64,000 nucleotides of DNA from Eledone cirrhosa (Eukaryota), in NCBI GenBank assembly GCA_964016885.1, contig OZ024742.1, positions 281,914,001-281,978,000 on the forward strand, given 5' to 3'. The notes beneath the pieces are model-generated. The model was given only the letters and a program-made list of their open reading frames with translations, did no database searches and had not been told where the DNA came from. Each line of letters starts with the position of its first letter. Position 1 is the first letter of the stretch. The translations under genes were made by a program, and so were the position numbers. Below are positions 22,538 through 34,054 of the stretch, piece by piece.

Positions 22538-25081
22538 ATGACCTCACTCAGAATAGGCAGCATAAATGCGCGTGGCTTGGGGTCGTCATGGAAGCAGGGC
22601 CACCTGCTCAACGACCTCAGGTCACTAAACATAGATGTAGTGGCCATCAGCGAGACCAGAATCTCCGAGGCACAGGCTTTCGCACCGATCTTCGGCGGCT
22701 ACGATGTGTACGCATCTCCCAGCCGTCCGGGATCGGGGGGAGGAGTTGCTGTGCTTTTCGGGAGAGGTTTGGATCTTGCCATACTGGCCATCTTCCTGGA
22801 CCCAGAAGGTAAGTTGGTGGTGCTGGACGTGACCAGCGGAGACGGGCAAGCTTTCAGGTTAGTGGCCGTCTATGCCCCGACAGGAGCAGGGCGGCCTGAT
22901 TTCTTCCGGCGTCTGGAGACCTTTCTTGGAACGTCCCGCTCTTTAGTGTTAGTGGGCGACTGGAACGGGATCTTAGATGCACGCTGGGATTGTGTGGGAT
23001 TAGTGAATAGGGAATGAGGGTGCAAGAGTCTCACCAACCTGCTCAGACGTTTTGAACTGTCTGACAGGTACCGAATGGATTTCCCGAATGTACCAATGTG
23101 GACTTGGACAAATCGCATAGGATCATCCAGATCATATCTAGATAGAGTATTTAGTAGGGAAATAGATAGGTCTAGCATAGGCTGTCCACAATTCAAGATA
23201 GTCAGCTTCAGTGGCGGGCCGGATCAAGGGATGGACTTTAGTGTCTACCTCGACGGACTGGCGCGGCTTTCGGCCACTGAGGCGGAGTGTTGCGAAAAGC
23301 CGATAACAACCGCTGAAGTACGGGATGCAATGACTAGTTGCACAAGGGGTAAATCGCCTGGTTTGGATGGTCTGCCCTATGAACTTTACGTACAAATACC
23401 AAACTTGTTCTGAGGCCTCTTGGCGGACGTCTACTGCAACTGGCAACAGAACGGGAGAATTCCCAGCTCCGTGAGCCGAGGAGTGGTGGCGCTGCTGAGA
23501 AAGGATCCGAACAAGGGGGATAACATAGATAATTTTAGGCCCATAACTCTGCTAAACACAGGGTTCAAGATTTTGGCCAAGGTGCTAGCAAAGAGGTTGG
23601 CGCTTGTCGTTGGTGGTCTGGTGGGAGAGGCACAGACATGCGCCATTCCCGACAGATCCATCCACGACAACCTCCACCTCATGCGATACATCGTAGAGAG
23701 GGTAGCTAGGGAACCTGGCACGGGTGGGTCTTTGATCAATTTAGATCAGTCGAAAGCCTTCGATAGCGTCGACCATCATTACCTAGCGGCAGTCCTGAGG
23801 GCGGCTGGCTTTGGGCCCGTCTTCAGAGGCTGGATCGCTGCCATGCACAGCGACATCTGCTCTGTAGTGAGAGTGAACGGTCACCTTTCGGAACCGTTCA
23901 ACATCATGCGCTCGGTCCGCCAAGGATCTCCCCTCTCGTCCCTATTGTACGTATTGACTCTCGAGCCATTACTGCACAAACTGGAGACGTTGAGGGGGGT
24001 CCCGCGCGAACTAGGATGCGGAAGATCCGTGTCAGGATATGCCGACGATGTCACCGTCACCGTCATCTACTACCGCCTGACCGTCGTACCTTGTCCTAAG
24101 CCCCGCCTGACTGCGCTGGAGCGTTTGCTCTTTCGCTTCTTGTGGAAGGGACGCGCTCCGATGGTCAGGCGGTCCATCTGCTGTCAACACCCACTACGTG
24201 GGGGGCTGGGCATGCCGTGGCTGATGATGCGCAGACACGCGCTCAGGCTACGACATCTCCACCTCTTCCTCGACGGTGATCAGGTGTGGTCGCCGTTTGC
24301 TAGACACGTTTTTCCCCAGCTCGTCTCCTTGACGGAGCTGCAGTCCTGGGTCAAGCGAAGACCGAGAGGGGGCGCTTGGAGACTGGAATGTCTTCAGGCG
24401 CTCACAGCCCTCGACCAATCGGGCAATGTGATCGGTGGAAACTCCACCTTGGCGTTCTATAGGGGATTAGTGGAGGGGAAGAGCGACGACGTACTTGGAG
24501 AAACTCTAGCCGTCGACGAAAATCAACTAGCCAATCTCTTCGGAAGGACTTTCGGGCCGGGGCCTATGGACAACTTCCAGAAATCCCTGGCCTGGCAGTG
24601 CTACCGGGGAGCTTTGCCAGTTCGGGATAAACTCTACAGGCATGGAGGTGCCGTCAGCCGGGCATGTCCGAGATGCGCGCAGGGCGACGAAACCGTCCTG
24701 CACGCACTCGTCCAGTGTCCGAGCATTGCTGACTTGTGGGTTTATGTCGAACACCTGCTGTCACGTGTAGGACGGATCCATCTATCAGCTGAGTCCATCA
24801 TGAGGATTAATCCGCCCCCTTCCTTTAGCCGGGAAGGGCAGTCAGTTTTTATCTGTCTGGTGGCCATGGCGAAAGAGATAGTATGGTGGACACGTTTGAA
24901 AGGGCTGAAGACGAGCACTTACCTCTTCGGTGATGCCCTGATTATCTTTTTCAAATTTCATCTGAAAAGGAAAATCAGGGTAGAGAGGGAAGTGCTCTCT
25001 TCCCAGCATTTTGTTGAAAGATGGGTGAGAGAAGCAAGTATGGCCCGAATGAATGGGCCTTCTCTGAGTATGTGTCTGTAA
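22538..25081 (+). pseudogene. ORF2 APE endonuclease-RT-CCHC, with stops and two internal deletions
   Basis: SINARGL, ISET, GDWN, YLDR; RPITLLN, LDQSKAFD, VRQG, YADD; CPRC..ETVLHALVQC. Deletions at ~23208 and ~24058 relative to copy 2. Confidence 0.92.
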
Positions 25082-25588
25082 ATTAAAGGTGGAAAACTAG
25101 GAGAGGGCACTTGCCCTGGTGGTCAGGGCCACTGTGGTCTTTTAATGGGCTTTCTCCACAAATGTCCCTTGGAAGTCTCCCCCCTATTGGGGAATTTTTC
25201 TTTGTTATTTTATTTCAACCTCTGTTTTTTTACGCGCAGAAATGCCCATTTGTACCGTCCTGTATTGTCCTGTACTGTCCTTAATGTCTACTTTATGTGA
25301 ACCCTTGTGGTTAATAAAGAAAACATTATTATTATTATTATTATTATCATTATTATTATTATTATTATTATTGTTGGTGAAGCCACGCTTCTTATCGCCT
25401 TCAGTTTTTTTCAACGTTTTACCTCGTTTTCAACCGTTCTAAACCTTTTATTCAAGTTTTAAATTTGATAAAAGTTTAGAAGATGTGACCCACCTAATAC
25501 AGGGGTTCACTCGTAAATAATACGGCACCCCTTTACGGGGTGTCGTATTCGTATTTGTGTAAAAATATTTTTTTTGAAAAATTTCAAC

Positions 25589-27685
25589 ATGGATAACACA
25601 AGAAAGAGAGAGAGCGCTGTCAGACAACACAGAGGGAGAGAGAGGGAGACTTTATCAGCATGTCAACAAGACAGGGTTCCAGCGGAGGTAAATATAAACG
25701 AAAATATTACAAAGGAAAAGAAGATTGTTATAGATTTAAAATTAACAAATATTTCTAACACAAACAACACCAACAATAAAACCAACAACAACACCAACAA
25801 TAACATCATCAATAATAACAGAAATAACAAAAATAACAGCGGTAAAGTCGAGAACGACAATAACAAAAATAACAGCGGTAAGGTCGAGAACGACAATAAC
25901 AATAACAATAACAACAGCTACAACAACAATAATAGTAGGAACAGTATCAACAAAAACAACAATAATAACAACAGCCACAATAACAGTAACAAAAGCAACA
26001 GTATCAACGAAAACAACAACAACAACACCAACAACTGTACCAACGGAAACAACAATAATGACATCGATACCTGTAATAGCGATCTCAGCACCACCAGTAA
26101 GACCAGTAGCGGCAGCAATAGTGGTGCTGCTGAAAAAGGGACCACTTCTTTTGCAGGTGTCGCCCGAAATATCGAGACAGTGTTAGTCACAGAGGAGGAG
26201 ATGGCATACGCAAGGGCTATGGTGACAAGTAGCGCCAATAGAGTTTCCCTGAAACCTCCACCCGATTTTTTCAAGGACCAACAGCTACGGATGGTGACTT
26301 ACCGCACCGTAAGCAAAATCTCACATCGGGTGGAGAGAGACACGGAGGCTCAAATCCCAAAGGCCTTGGGGTGCGTCTGGGCACGCAAAACCCACATCAA
26401 ACGAGGCGGAAAGTACGCCACAGTAGACGTACTTTTCGCCACCCCCCAGGAAGCAAAGTCTCACTCTTTGGAAACCCTAAAGAGTGAGGAGATAGTCTTG
26501 GTGCCCTCCTACTGCGGGCAGAAAATTGTGAGGGTCCAAGTGACCCAGGTCCCACACGACGTGCCCATACCTTGGCTGGCCGCGTCTGTCCTTGCTGGAA
26601 TCGAGAACAGGACGACCATGCTGCAAGTAGAAAAAATAGGGAGAGAGAACTGGTCAGGTATAGGCATGCAAATGCTTATAAAAACTGACCAGGAATGTAT
26701 CAACGCTACCCCCGATATCATAGACATCGAGGAAGGACTCCAACTGCCTATAAGTGTAGAAGGAAGACGGCCAAAATGTTATCTCTGTGGGTCGAAGGGT
26801 CACCTCAGGGACTTTTGCCTGCAGAAGACAGCGAAGAAGGCCCCTCTCCTTCCAATACCTGGTCCGCTGCTACCAAGAGCAGGGCAGGCAACAAACGAAG
26901 AAGCCCCTTCCACTGTGAGTAGGAGGGCAACGTCCGTAGTAACCGTACCAAGGCCACGGACAACTAAAGCAGCATCATCAGTGGCGGCAACACCAATAGC
27001 TACATTTGAAGTAGCTACACCAGCAACAAAATTGCCGAAGAGGGCTTCACTACCACCAGCAACAGCCGTGGAGCACATACCCCTCTCAGACGCCACAGAA
27101 TCCGACATGGAGTTTGAGGCGGGAGTGAAGTGGCTAACGGTCTGCCACAAAAAAGAAAAAAGAATAAAACCCTTAGATTCACCCTCCAAAAGCGAAGGCA
27201 TACAAAGAGGGGTAAAGGCAACAAGGAAACTTGCAGCAACACCACCACCATCACCACCACAAGCACCACTGACAACAACAACCACACCACCATCAGCAAC
27301 ACCAAAGACACCAACAACGCAAACACAAGACACACACACTAAACAGCAACAAGAGAAAATAGCAACAAAATCACCCTCCCCCAAAAAGGTACACATCCAT
27401 AAACATGGCAAAAAAGAACTCATACAATATATAAAGCAGCGCACAGCCATCACAGAAAAAAACTACTACACCCTACCAACACCAAGAACTCTCCCGACAA
27501 ACATAAGCATCATCGAAATCTCAATAGAACAGTACAAACATTTAAAATAAAAATTCCCCAACGCAGTTGGAGACTTCAGAGGTACGGTTACCAAGAGGAT
27601 ATACACTGACATCCTCTTGGAAACACCCATGACCAGCGAAAGGGACTGTTCTACTGTCCCATCACTACACGAACAAGGTAAGTGA
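25589..27685 (+). pseudogene. Family B ORF1 (Asn-rich N-terminus, CCHC knuckle), premature stop at 27548-27550
   Basis: RPKCYLCGSKGHLRDFC. Reading through the stop gives KFPNAVGDFR..RIYTD, homologous to family A KFPKDIGDFQ..RIYKD. Confidence 0.85.
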
Positions 27686-27716
27686 CCCTTCTCACTTGCC
27701 CCGTTTCTCATCCAGC

Positions 27717-30666
27717 ATGGCCGTACTCAGAATACGCAGTATAAATGCACGTGGCCTGGGGTCATCTTGGAAGCAGGGTCACCTGCTCAACGACCACAGG
27801 TCACTAAACATAGATGAGTGGCCATCAGTGAAACCAGAATCTCCGAAGCACAAGCCTTCGCACCAGTATTCGGCGTCTACGATGTATACGCATCTCCCAG
27901 CCGTCCAGAATCGGGGGGAGGGGTCGCCATCCTTTTTCGGAGAGGCTTGGATCTCGCGATACGGGCCATCTTCCTAGACCCAGAAGGTAAGTCGGTGGTG
28001 CTGGACGTGACCGGCAGCGAAGGCAATGCTTTCAGGCTAGTAGCCGTCTACGCACCAACAAGAGCAGGACGGCCAGATTTCTTCAGACGTCTAGAGACCT
28101 TTCTTGGAACGTCCCGCTCTTTAGTGTTAGTGGGCGACTGGAACGGTATCTTGGATGCACGCTGGGATCGTGTGGGGCTAGTGGATAGGGGAGGAGGGTG
28201 CAAGAGCCTCACCAACCTGCTCAGACGTTTTGAATTGTCTGACAGGTATCGACTGGATCACCCGAATGTGCCAATGTGGACATGGACAAACCGCATCGGG
28301 TCATCCAGATCGTATCTCGATAGTGTATTCTGCAGAGAAGTAGATAAGGCTAGTATAAGTTGTCCACAATTTAAAATAATCGACTCACAGCCCACAAATT
28401 TGTGATCTGTGAGATCGACATAGACAGACTTCATAGACAAGGGCCTGGTTACTGTAAGCTGAACGCGTCTTTCCCGGCGCGCAAAGCCTACAGAGACCGG
28501 ATTAGCGTATTAGTTAAGCGGGCGTTGACGGGAGCGATCGTCAACAACAGGTGGTGGTTCGCCCTGAATAGGGCAATTAAAGTAGAGTCGATTAGGTTTA
28601 GCAAAGGAGTAGTGATAGAGGAAAATAGAATAGAGGGAGAGCTAGTCAGAAAGCTAGAAGAGGCGATTAGGACAGGCATCGCAACCGACGTGCTTGCGGC
28701 GAGATTGGCACTCGACCAATTCTTCAACGCAAAACACGAAGGTTGCGTTGTCAGAGCTAGAGCGCGTGCTCTGAAACACGAGGGGACAAAAGCCGTCCAA
28801 TCGGCCCGGGTGGCAGAGGCGCGACGTGGCAACAAAGCCACAATTCGTTCTTTGTCTGACCAAAACGGGTGCGTGATGCTGGAACCCGAGCGGATGTGTG
28901 AAGCTTTTCAGCAGCACTTTGCTGAACTGTTCGGGAGCGGCGGCGGCCCGGATCGGGGCATGGACTTCAGTGCATACCTCGACGGACTGCCTCGGCTCTC
29001 GACGACCGCAGCACAGTGTTGCGAAAAGCCAATAATAGCCGGTGAAATACGGGAAGCGATGGCTAACTGCACAAGGGGTAAATCGCCAGGTTGGGATGGT
29101 CTGCCCTACGAGCTTTATGCATTTATGCCAGACTTGTTCGGTGACCTCTTGGCAGACGTCTAGTGCAACTGGCAGCAGAACGAGAGCATTCCCAGTATTT
29201 TGAGCCGGGGAGCAAGCAAGGGGGATGTTATCGATAATTTCAGGCCCATAACCCTACTAAACGCAGAGTTCAAGATTTTGGCCAAGGTGTTAGCAACGAG
29301 GTTGGCGCTTGTCGTCGAGAACCTGGTGGGAGACAGACAAGTCCAGATGCTCGGCACCGCTCTCAAGGAATACGAAGTGGTGACAGGAGCAAGTATAAAC
29401 CAGGAAAAGTCGGTGGGCTTGCAGCTCGGCACCTGCAGAGGCAAGTCCATGCCGTCCGACAGCGTCGCGGGGCGTTGGACGGACGAACCGTTTAAATTGC
29501 TCGGGGTCTGGTTCGGACCGGACCTCCAGATGGAGAAAAACTGGAACGAGGTCAGGAGAAGGGTGGCCTCCCTCACGCAGAAATGGGCTGAGAGGAAGCT
29601 GTCCCTGAATGGCCGGGCGGAGGTGGCGAATGCATACATCGCATCCGTCATCTGCTACCGCCTCACCGTCGTCCCTTGCTCAAACCCAACTCTGACCAAA
29701 ATGGAGCGCCTCCTCTTCCGCTTTTTGTGGAAGGGACGCGCTCCCATGGTCAGACGATCCATCTGCTGTCAACACCCGTTGCGTGGAGGACTAGGCATGC
29801 CATGGCTGATGATGCGCAAACATGCGCTGAGGCTGCGACATCTCTGGTGCTTCCTTGATGGTGAACAGGTGTGGTCGCCGTTCGCCAGGCACGTTTTCCC
29901 ACAGCTCATCTCCTTGACGGAGCTGCAGTCCTGGGTCAGAAAAAGACCGAGGGATAGCGCTTGGAAACTGGAATGTCTCCAGGCGCTCACTGCCCTCTCC
30001 TAGCTGGGCACCAGTATCGGTGGAACATCCACCTCGGCGTTCTATAGAGGACTAGTGGAGGGGAAGAGCGACGACATTCTCGGAGAGAACCTGGGTGTCG
30101 AAGAAGATCAGCTGTTTGCTCTCTTCCGGAGAACTTTCAGCCCTGGGCCTATGGATAACTTCCCAAAATCCCTGGCCTGGCAGTGCTACCGGGGAGCGCT
30201 GCCGGTTCGAGATAAGCTCTACAGGCACGGAAGTGCCGTCAGCCGAGCCTGTCCGAGATGCGCGCAGAGCGACGAAACCGTCGTGCACGCACTCGTTCAG
30301 TGCCCGAGCATTGCTGACATGTGGAGCTATGCCGAACAGTTGCTGTCGCGTGTGGGACTGATCCGGTTGTCGACTGAGTCCTTTGTGCAGATGGTGTCGC
30401 AGTCTTCCTTCGAGGAGGAAGGGCAGGCGGTTTTCATCTGCCTGGTGGCCATGGCGAAAGAGATTGTGTGGCGGACAAGGTTAAAAGGGTTAAAGACAGA
30501 CAATTTCCTCTTCATCGAATCCCTAATTAACTTTTTCAAGTTTCACTTGAAGAGGAAAATCAGGGTGGAGAGGCAAGTGCTGTCTTCTAGCAAGTTTGTT
30601 GAAAGGTGGGGGAATATAGCGAGAATGGTCCGAGTGAACAGGACCACTCTGAATATACGTCTGTAG
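27717..30666 (+). pseudogene. Family B ORF2 (APE-RT-CCHC), frameshifts/stops, RT catalytic core deleted at ~29338
   Basis: LALVVENLVGD joins directly to QMLGTALKEYE, skipping the DxxKAFD, QG and YADD motifs. Confidence 0.9.
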
Positions 30667-30989
30667 TTTGAGAGATGGAAAAATTGAGAGAGGGCGCTTG
30701 CCCTGGTGGTCAGGGTAGCCGTGGTCTTTTGTGTGGTTTTCGCCACGAGTAACCCTCGGAGGTTTCCCCCCTATTGGGGAATTTTTTATTGTTTCAATTT
30801 TCATTTTTATTGTTTATATATATATATGTTTCTATGTCTTTTTTTTTTTCTTTTCTTATATAAATAATAAAAATATTTACACGCACAAAACCCACATCGT
30901 ACCGTCCTGTTCCATCTGTGATGTTTTTCTTGATGTCAGCCCTTGTGGCCAATAAAGAAATCATTATTATTATTATTATTATTATTATT

Positions 30990-31646
30990 CCTTGAATCTC
31001 AGTCATTGATGTTGGTTAACTGGAAAGTCCGTTGGAATGAATATCAAGCCAATACCTGCAGCCTCAGATATTCAGGACGTATCGGAGGGTTCTTGCTGTT
31101 CCCAGCAAGCATGCCTTTTGAAGCGTTCCAAAAAGCGTGAAGGGGCCAATTTTCTTTAACCATCCCTGGAAACTTTTTGAGATAGTACCTAGTGCGCCTA
31201 TGACAATCGGGACCACTTTGACTTCATGGCAGTCCCAAATACTTTTTACCTCCCACTTTAAGTCCTGGTATCGGTTAATTTTCTCCCTCTCCTTCTCTTG
31301 CACTCTCGTGTCGAATGGGCAGGCCACAACCACAATCAGGCACGATCTTTTTTCTTTGTCCACAACCACCAGGTCAGGTCTATTGTATTCCAGTTTCTTG
31401 TCCGTCTGCATCCTAAAATCCCACAGCACCTTCACCTGATCGTTTTCTATCACCGACTCTGGCTTATGCTCATACCATTTCTCAGAATGTGGTAAATTGT
31501 TTACTTTGCACAGGTGCCAGTGGATCACCCTGCCCATCAATTCATGTCTCCAGCCCTTATAGTGAGTATGGGCTAGGTGTTTACACTCGGATACAATGTG
31601 ATCCACAGTCTCCTCTCTCTCTCCACAGATCCTGCACAGTGGGCTA
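30990..31646 (-). mobile_element. R4/Dong-type RLE retrotransposon 3' fragment, unit 1
   Basis: HIVSEC, WRH, RPDLVVVD..VACP..EKINRYQDL (PD-(D/E)xK). (TAA)n tail on its sense strand. Confidence 0.9.
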
Positions 31647-32473
31647 AACTCTAGGCGTCGACGAAAATCAACTAGCCAATCTCTTCGGACGGACTTTCGG
31701 GCCGGGGCCTATGGACAACTTCCGGAAATCCCTGGCCTGGCAGTGCTGCCAGTTCGGGATAAACTCTACAGGCATGGAGGTGCCGTCAGCCGGGCATGTC
31801 CGAGATGCGCGCAGGGCGACGAAACCGTCCTGCACGCACTCGTCCAGTGTCCGAAAATTGCTGACTTGTGGGTTTATGTCGAACACCTGCTGTCGCGTTT
31901 AGGACGGATCCAGCTATCATCTGAGTCTATCGTGAGGATTGCCCCGCCCTCCTCCTTTAGCCGGGAAGGGCAGGCAGTTTTTATCTGTCTGGTGGCCATG
32001 GCGAAAGAGATAGTATGGTGGACACGTTTGAAAGGGCTGAAGACGAGCACTTACCTCTTCGGTGATGCTCTGATTGACTTTTTCAAATTTCATTTGAAAA
32101 GGAAAATCAGAGTAGAGAAGGAAGTGCTCTCTTCCCAGCATTTTGTTGAAAGATGGGTGAGAGAAGCAAGAATGGCCCGAGTGAATGGGCCGACTCTGAG
32201 TATATATCTGTAAACTAAAGGTGGAAAACTGGGAGAGGGCACTTGCCTTGGTGGTCAGGGTCATTGTGGCTTTTTACTGGGCTTTCTCCACAAATGTCCC
32301 TCCGAAGTCTCCCCCCTATTGGGGAATTTTTCATTGTTATTTTCATTGTTATTTTTGTTACATCCTCTGTTTTTGTTTTTTTACACGCAGAAATGCCCAT
32401 TTGTACCGTCCTGCATTGTCCTGCACTGTCCTTAATGTCTACTTTATGTAAACCCTTGTGGTTAATAAAGAAA

Positions 32474-32475
<2 letters not shown>
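31647..32475 (+). mobile_element. Tx1 family A-like 3' fragment, unit 1
   Basis: CCHC region, 3' UTR and (ATT)n. Fused directly to the R4 fragment. Confidence 0.9.
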
Positions 32476-32550
<75 letters not shown>

Positions 32551-32557
32551 GTTATTA

Positions 32558-33215
32558 CTCCTTGAGTCTCAGTCATTGATGTTAGTTAACTGGAAAGTTT
32601 GTTGGAATGAATATCAAGCCACTACATGCAGCCTCAGATATTCAGGACGTATCGGAGGGTTCTTGCTGTTCCCAGCAAGCATGCCTTTTGAAGCGTTCCA
32701 AAAAGCGTGAAGGGGCCAATTTTCTTTAACCATCCCTGGAAACTTTTGGAGATAGTCCCTAGTGCGCCTATGACAATCGGGATCACTTTGACTTCATGGC
32801 AGTTCCAAATCCTTTTTACCCCCACTTTAAGTCCTGGTATCGGTTAATTTTCTCCCTCTCCTTCTCTTGCACTCTCGTATCGAATGGGCAGGCCACATCC
32901 ACAATCAGGCACGATCTTTTTTCTTTGTCCACAACCACCAGGTCAGGTCTATTGTGTTCCAGTTTCTTGTCCGTCTGTATCCTAAAATCCCACAGCACCT
33001 TCACCTGATCGTTTTCTATTACCGACTCTGGCTTATGCTCATACCATTTCTCAGAATGTGGTAAATTGTTTACTTTGCACAGGTGCCAGTGGATCACCCT
33101 GCCCATCACATCATGTCTCCAGCCCTTATAGTGGGTTTGGGCTAGGTGTTTACACTCGGATACAATGTGAGCCACAGTCACCTCTCTCTCTCCACAGATC
33201 CTGCACATTGGGCTA
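32558..33215 (-). mobile_element. R4/Dong-type 3' fragment, unit 2
   Basis: CRICGEREVTVAHIVSEC..RPDLVVVD. Same breakpoint as unit 1. Confidence 0.9.
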
Positions 33216-34007
33216 AACTCTAGGCGTCGACGAAAATCAACTAGCCAATCTCTTCGGACGGACTTTCGGGCCGGGGCCTATGGACAACTTCCAGAAATCC
33301 CTAGCCTGGCAGTGCTGCCAGTTAGGGATAAACTCTACAGGCATGGAGGTGCCGTCAGCCGGGCATGTCCGAGATGCGCGCAGGGCGACGAAACCGTCCT
33401 GCACGCACTCGTCCAGTGTCGAGCATTGCTGACTTGTGGGTTTATGTCGAACACCTGCTGTCACGTGTAGGATGGATCCAGCTATCAGCTGAGTCCATCG
33501 TGAGGATTGCCCCGCCCTCTTCCTTTAGCCGGGAAGGGCAGGGAGTTTTTATCTGTCTGGTGGCCATGGCGAAAGAGATAGTATGGTGGACACGTTTGAA
33601 AGGGCTGAAGACGAGCACTTACCTCTTCGGTGATGCCCTGATTAACTTTTTCAAATTTCATTTGAAAAGGAAAATCAGGGTAGAGAGGGAAGTGCTCTCT
33701 TCCCAGCATTTTGTTGAAAGATGGGTGAGAGAAGCAAGTATGGCCCGAGTGATACTCTGAGTATGTGTCTGTAAATTAAAGGTGGAAAACTGGGAGAGGG
33801 CACTTGTCCTGGTGGTCAGGGTCACTGTGGTCTTTTAATGGGCTTTCTCCACAAATGTCCCTCGGAAGTCTCCCCCCTATTGGGGAATTTTTCTTTGTTA
33901 TTTTATTACATCCTCTGTTTTTTTTACACGCAAAAATGCCCATTTGTACCGTCCTGTATTGTCCTGTACTGTCCTTAATGTCTACTTTAGAGAACTACTA
34001 AAGAAAA

Positions 34008-34008
<1 letters not shown>
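33216..34008 (+). mobile_element. Tx1 family A 3' fragment, unit 2
   Basis: Same junction GGGCTA|AACTCTAGGCGTCGAC and same small deletion (CAGTGCTGCCAG) as unit 1. Confidence 0.9.
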
Positions 34009-34047
<39 letters not shown>

Positions 34048-34054
34048 GTAATTA

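Larger units (their letters stand above)
20318..25324 (+). mobile_element. Tx1-type retrotransposon family A, copy 1 (complete ends, internally deleted ORF2)
   Basis: Same first base (GGCGACCTACG) and same 3' end as 36024-41937. Has ORF1, ORF2, 3' UTR and AATAAA-(ATT)n. Confidence 0.95.
25376..30962 (+). mobile_element. Tx1-type retrotransposon family B, apparently full-span, decayed
   Basis: Lies between (ATT)n tracts. Distinct 5' UTR and ORF1; ORF2 closely related to family A. Ends CCCTTGTGGCCAATAAAGAAATC(ATT)n. Confidence 0.92.

Noticed and set aside
27678-27715. Intron fusing ORF1 to ORF2
   Set aside because: Only 38 nt, the product is out of frame with ORF2, and family A lacks the AG.
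31640-31660. Chimeric junction produced by splicing
   Set aside because: The removed segment has no GT..AG ends on either strand; only 1-nt microhomology.
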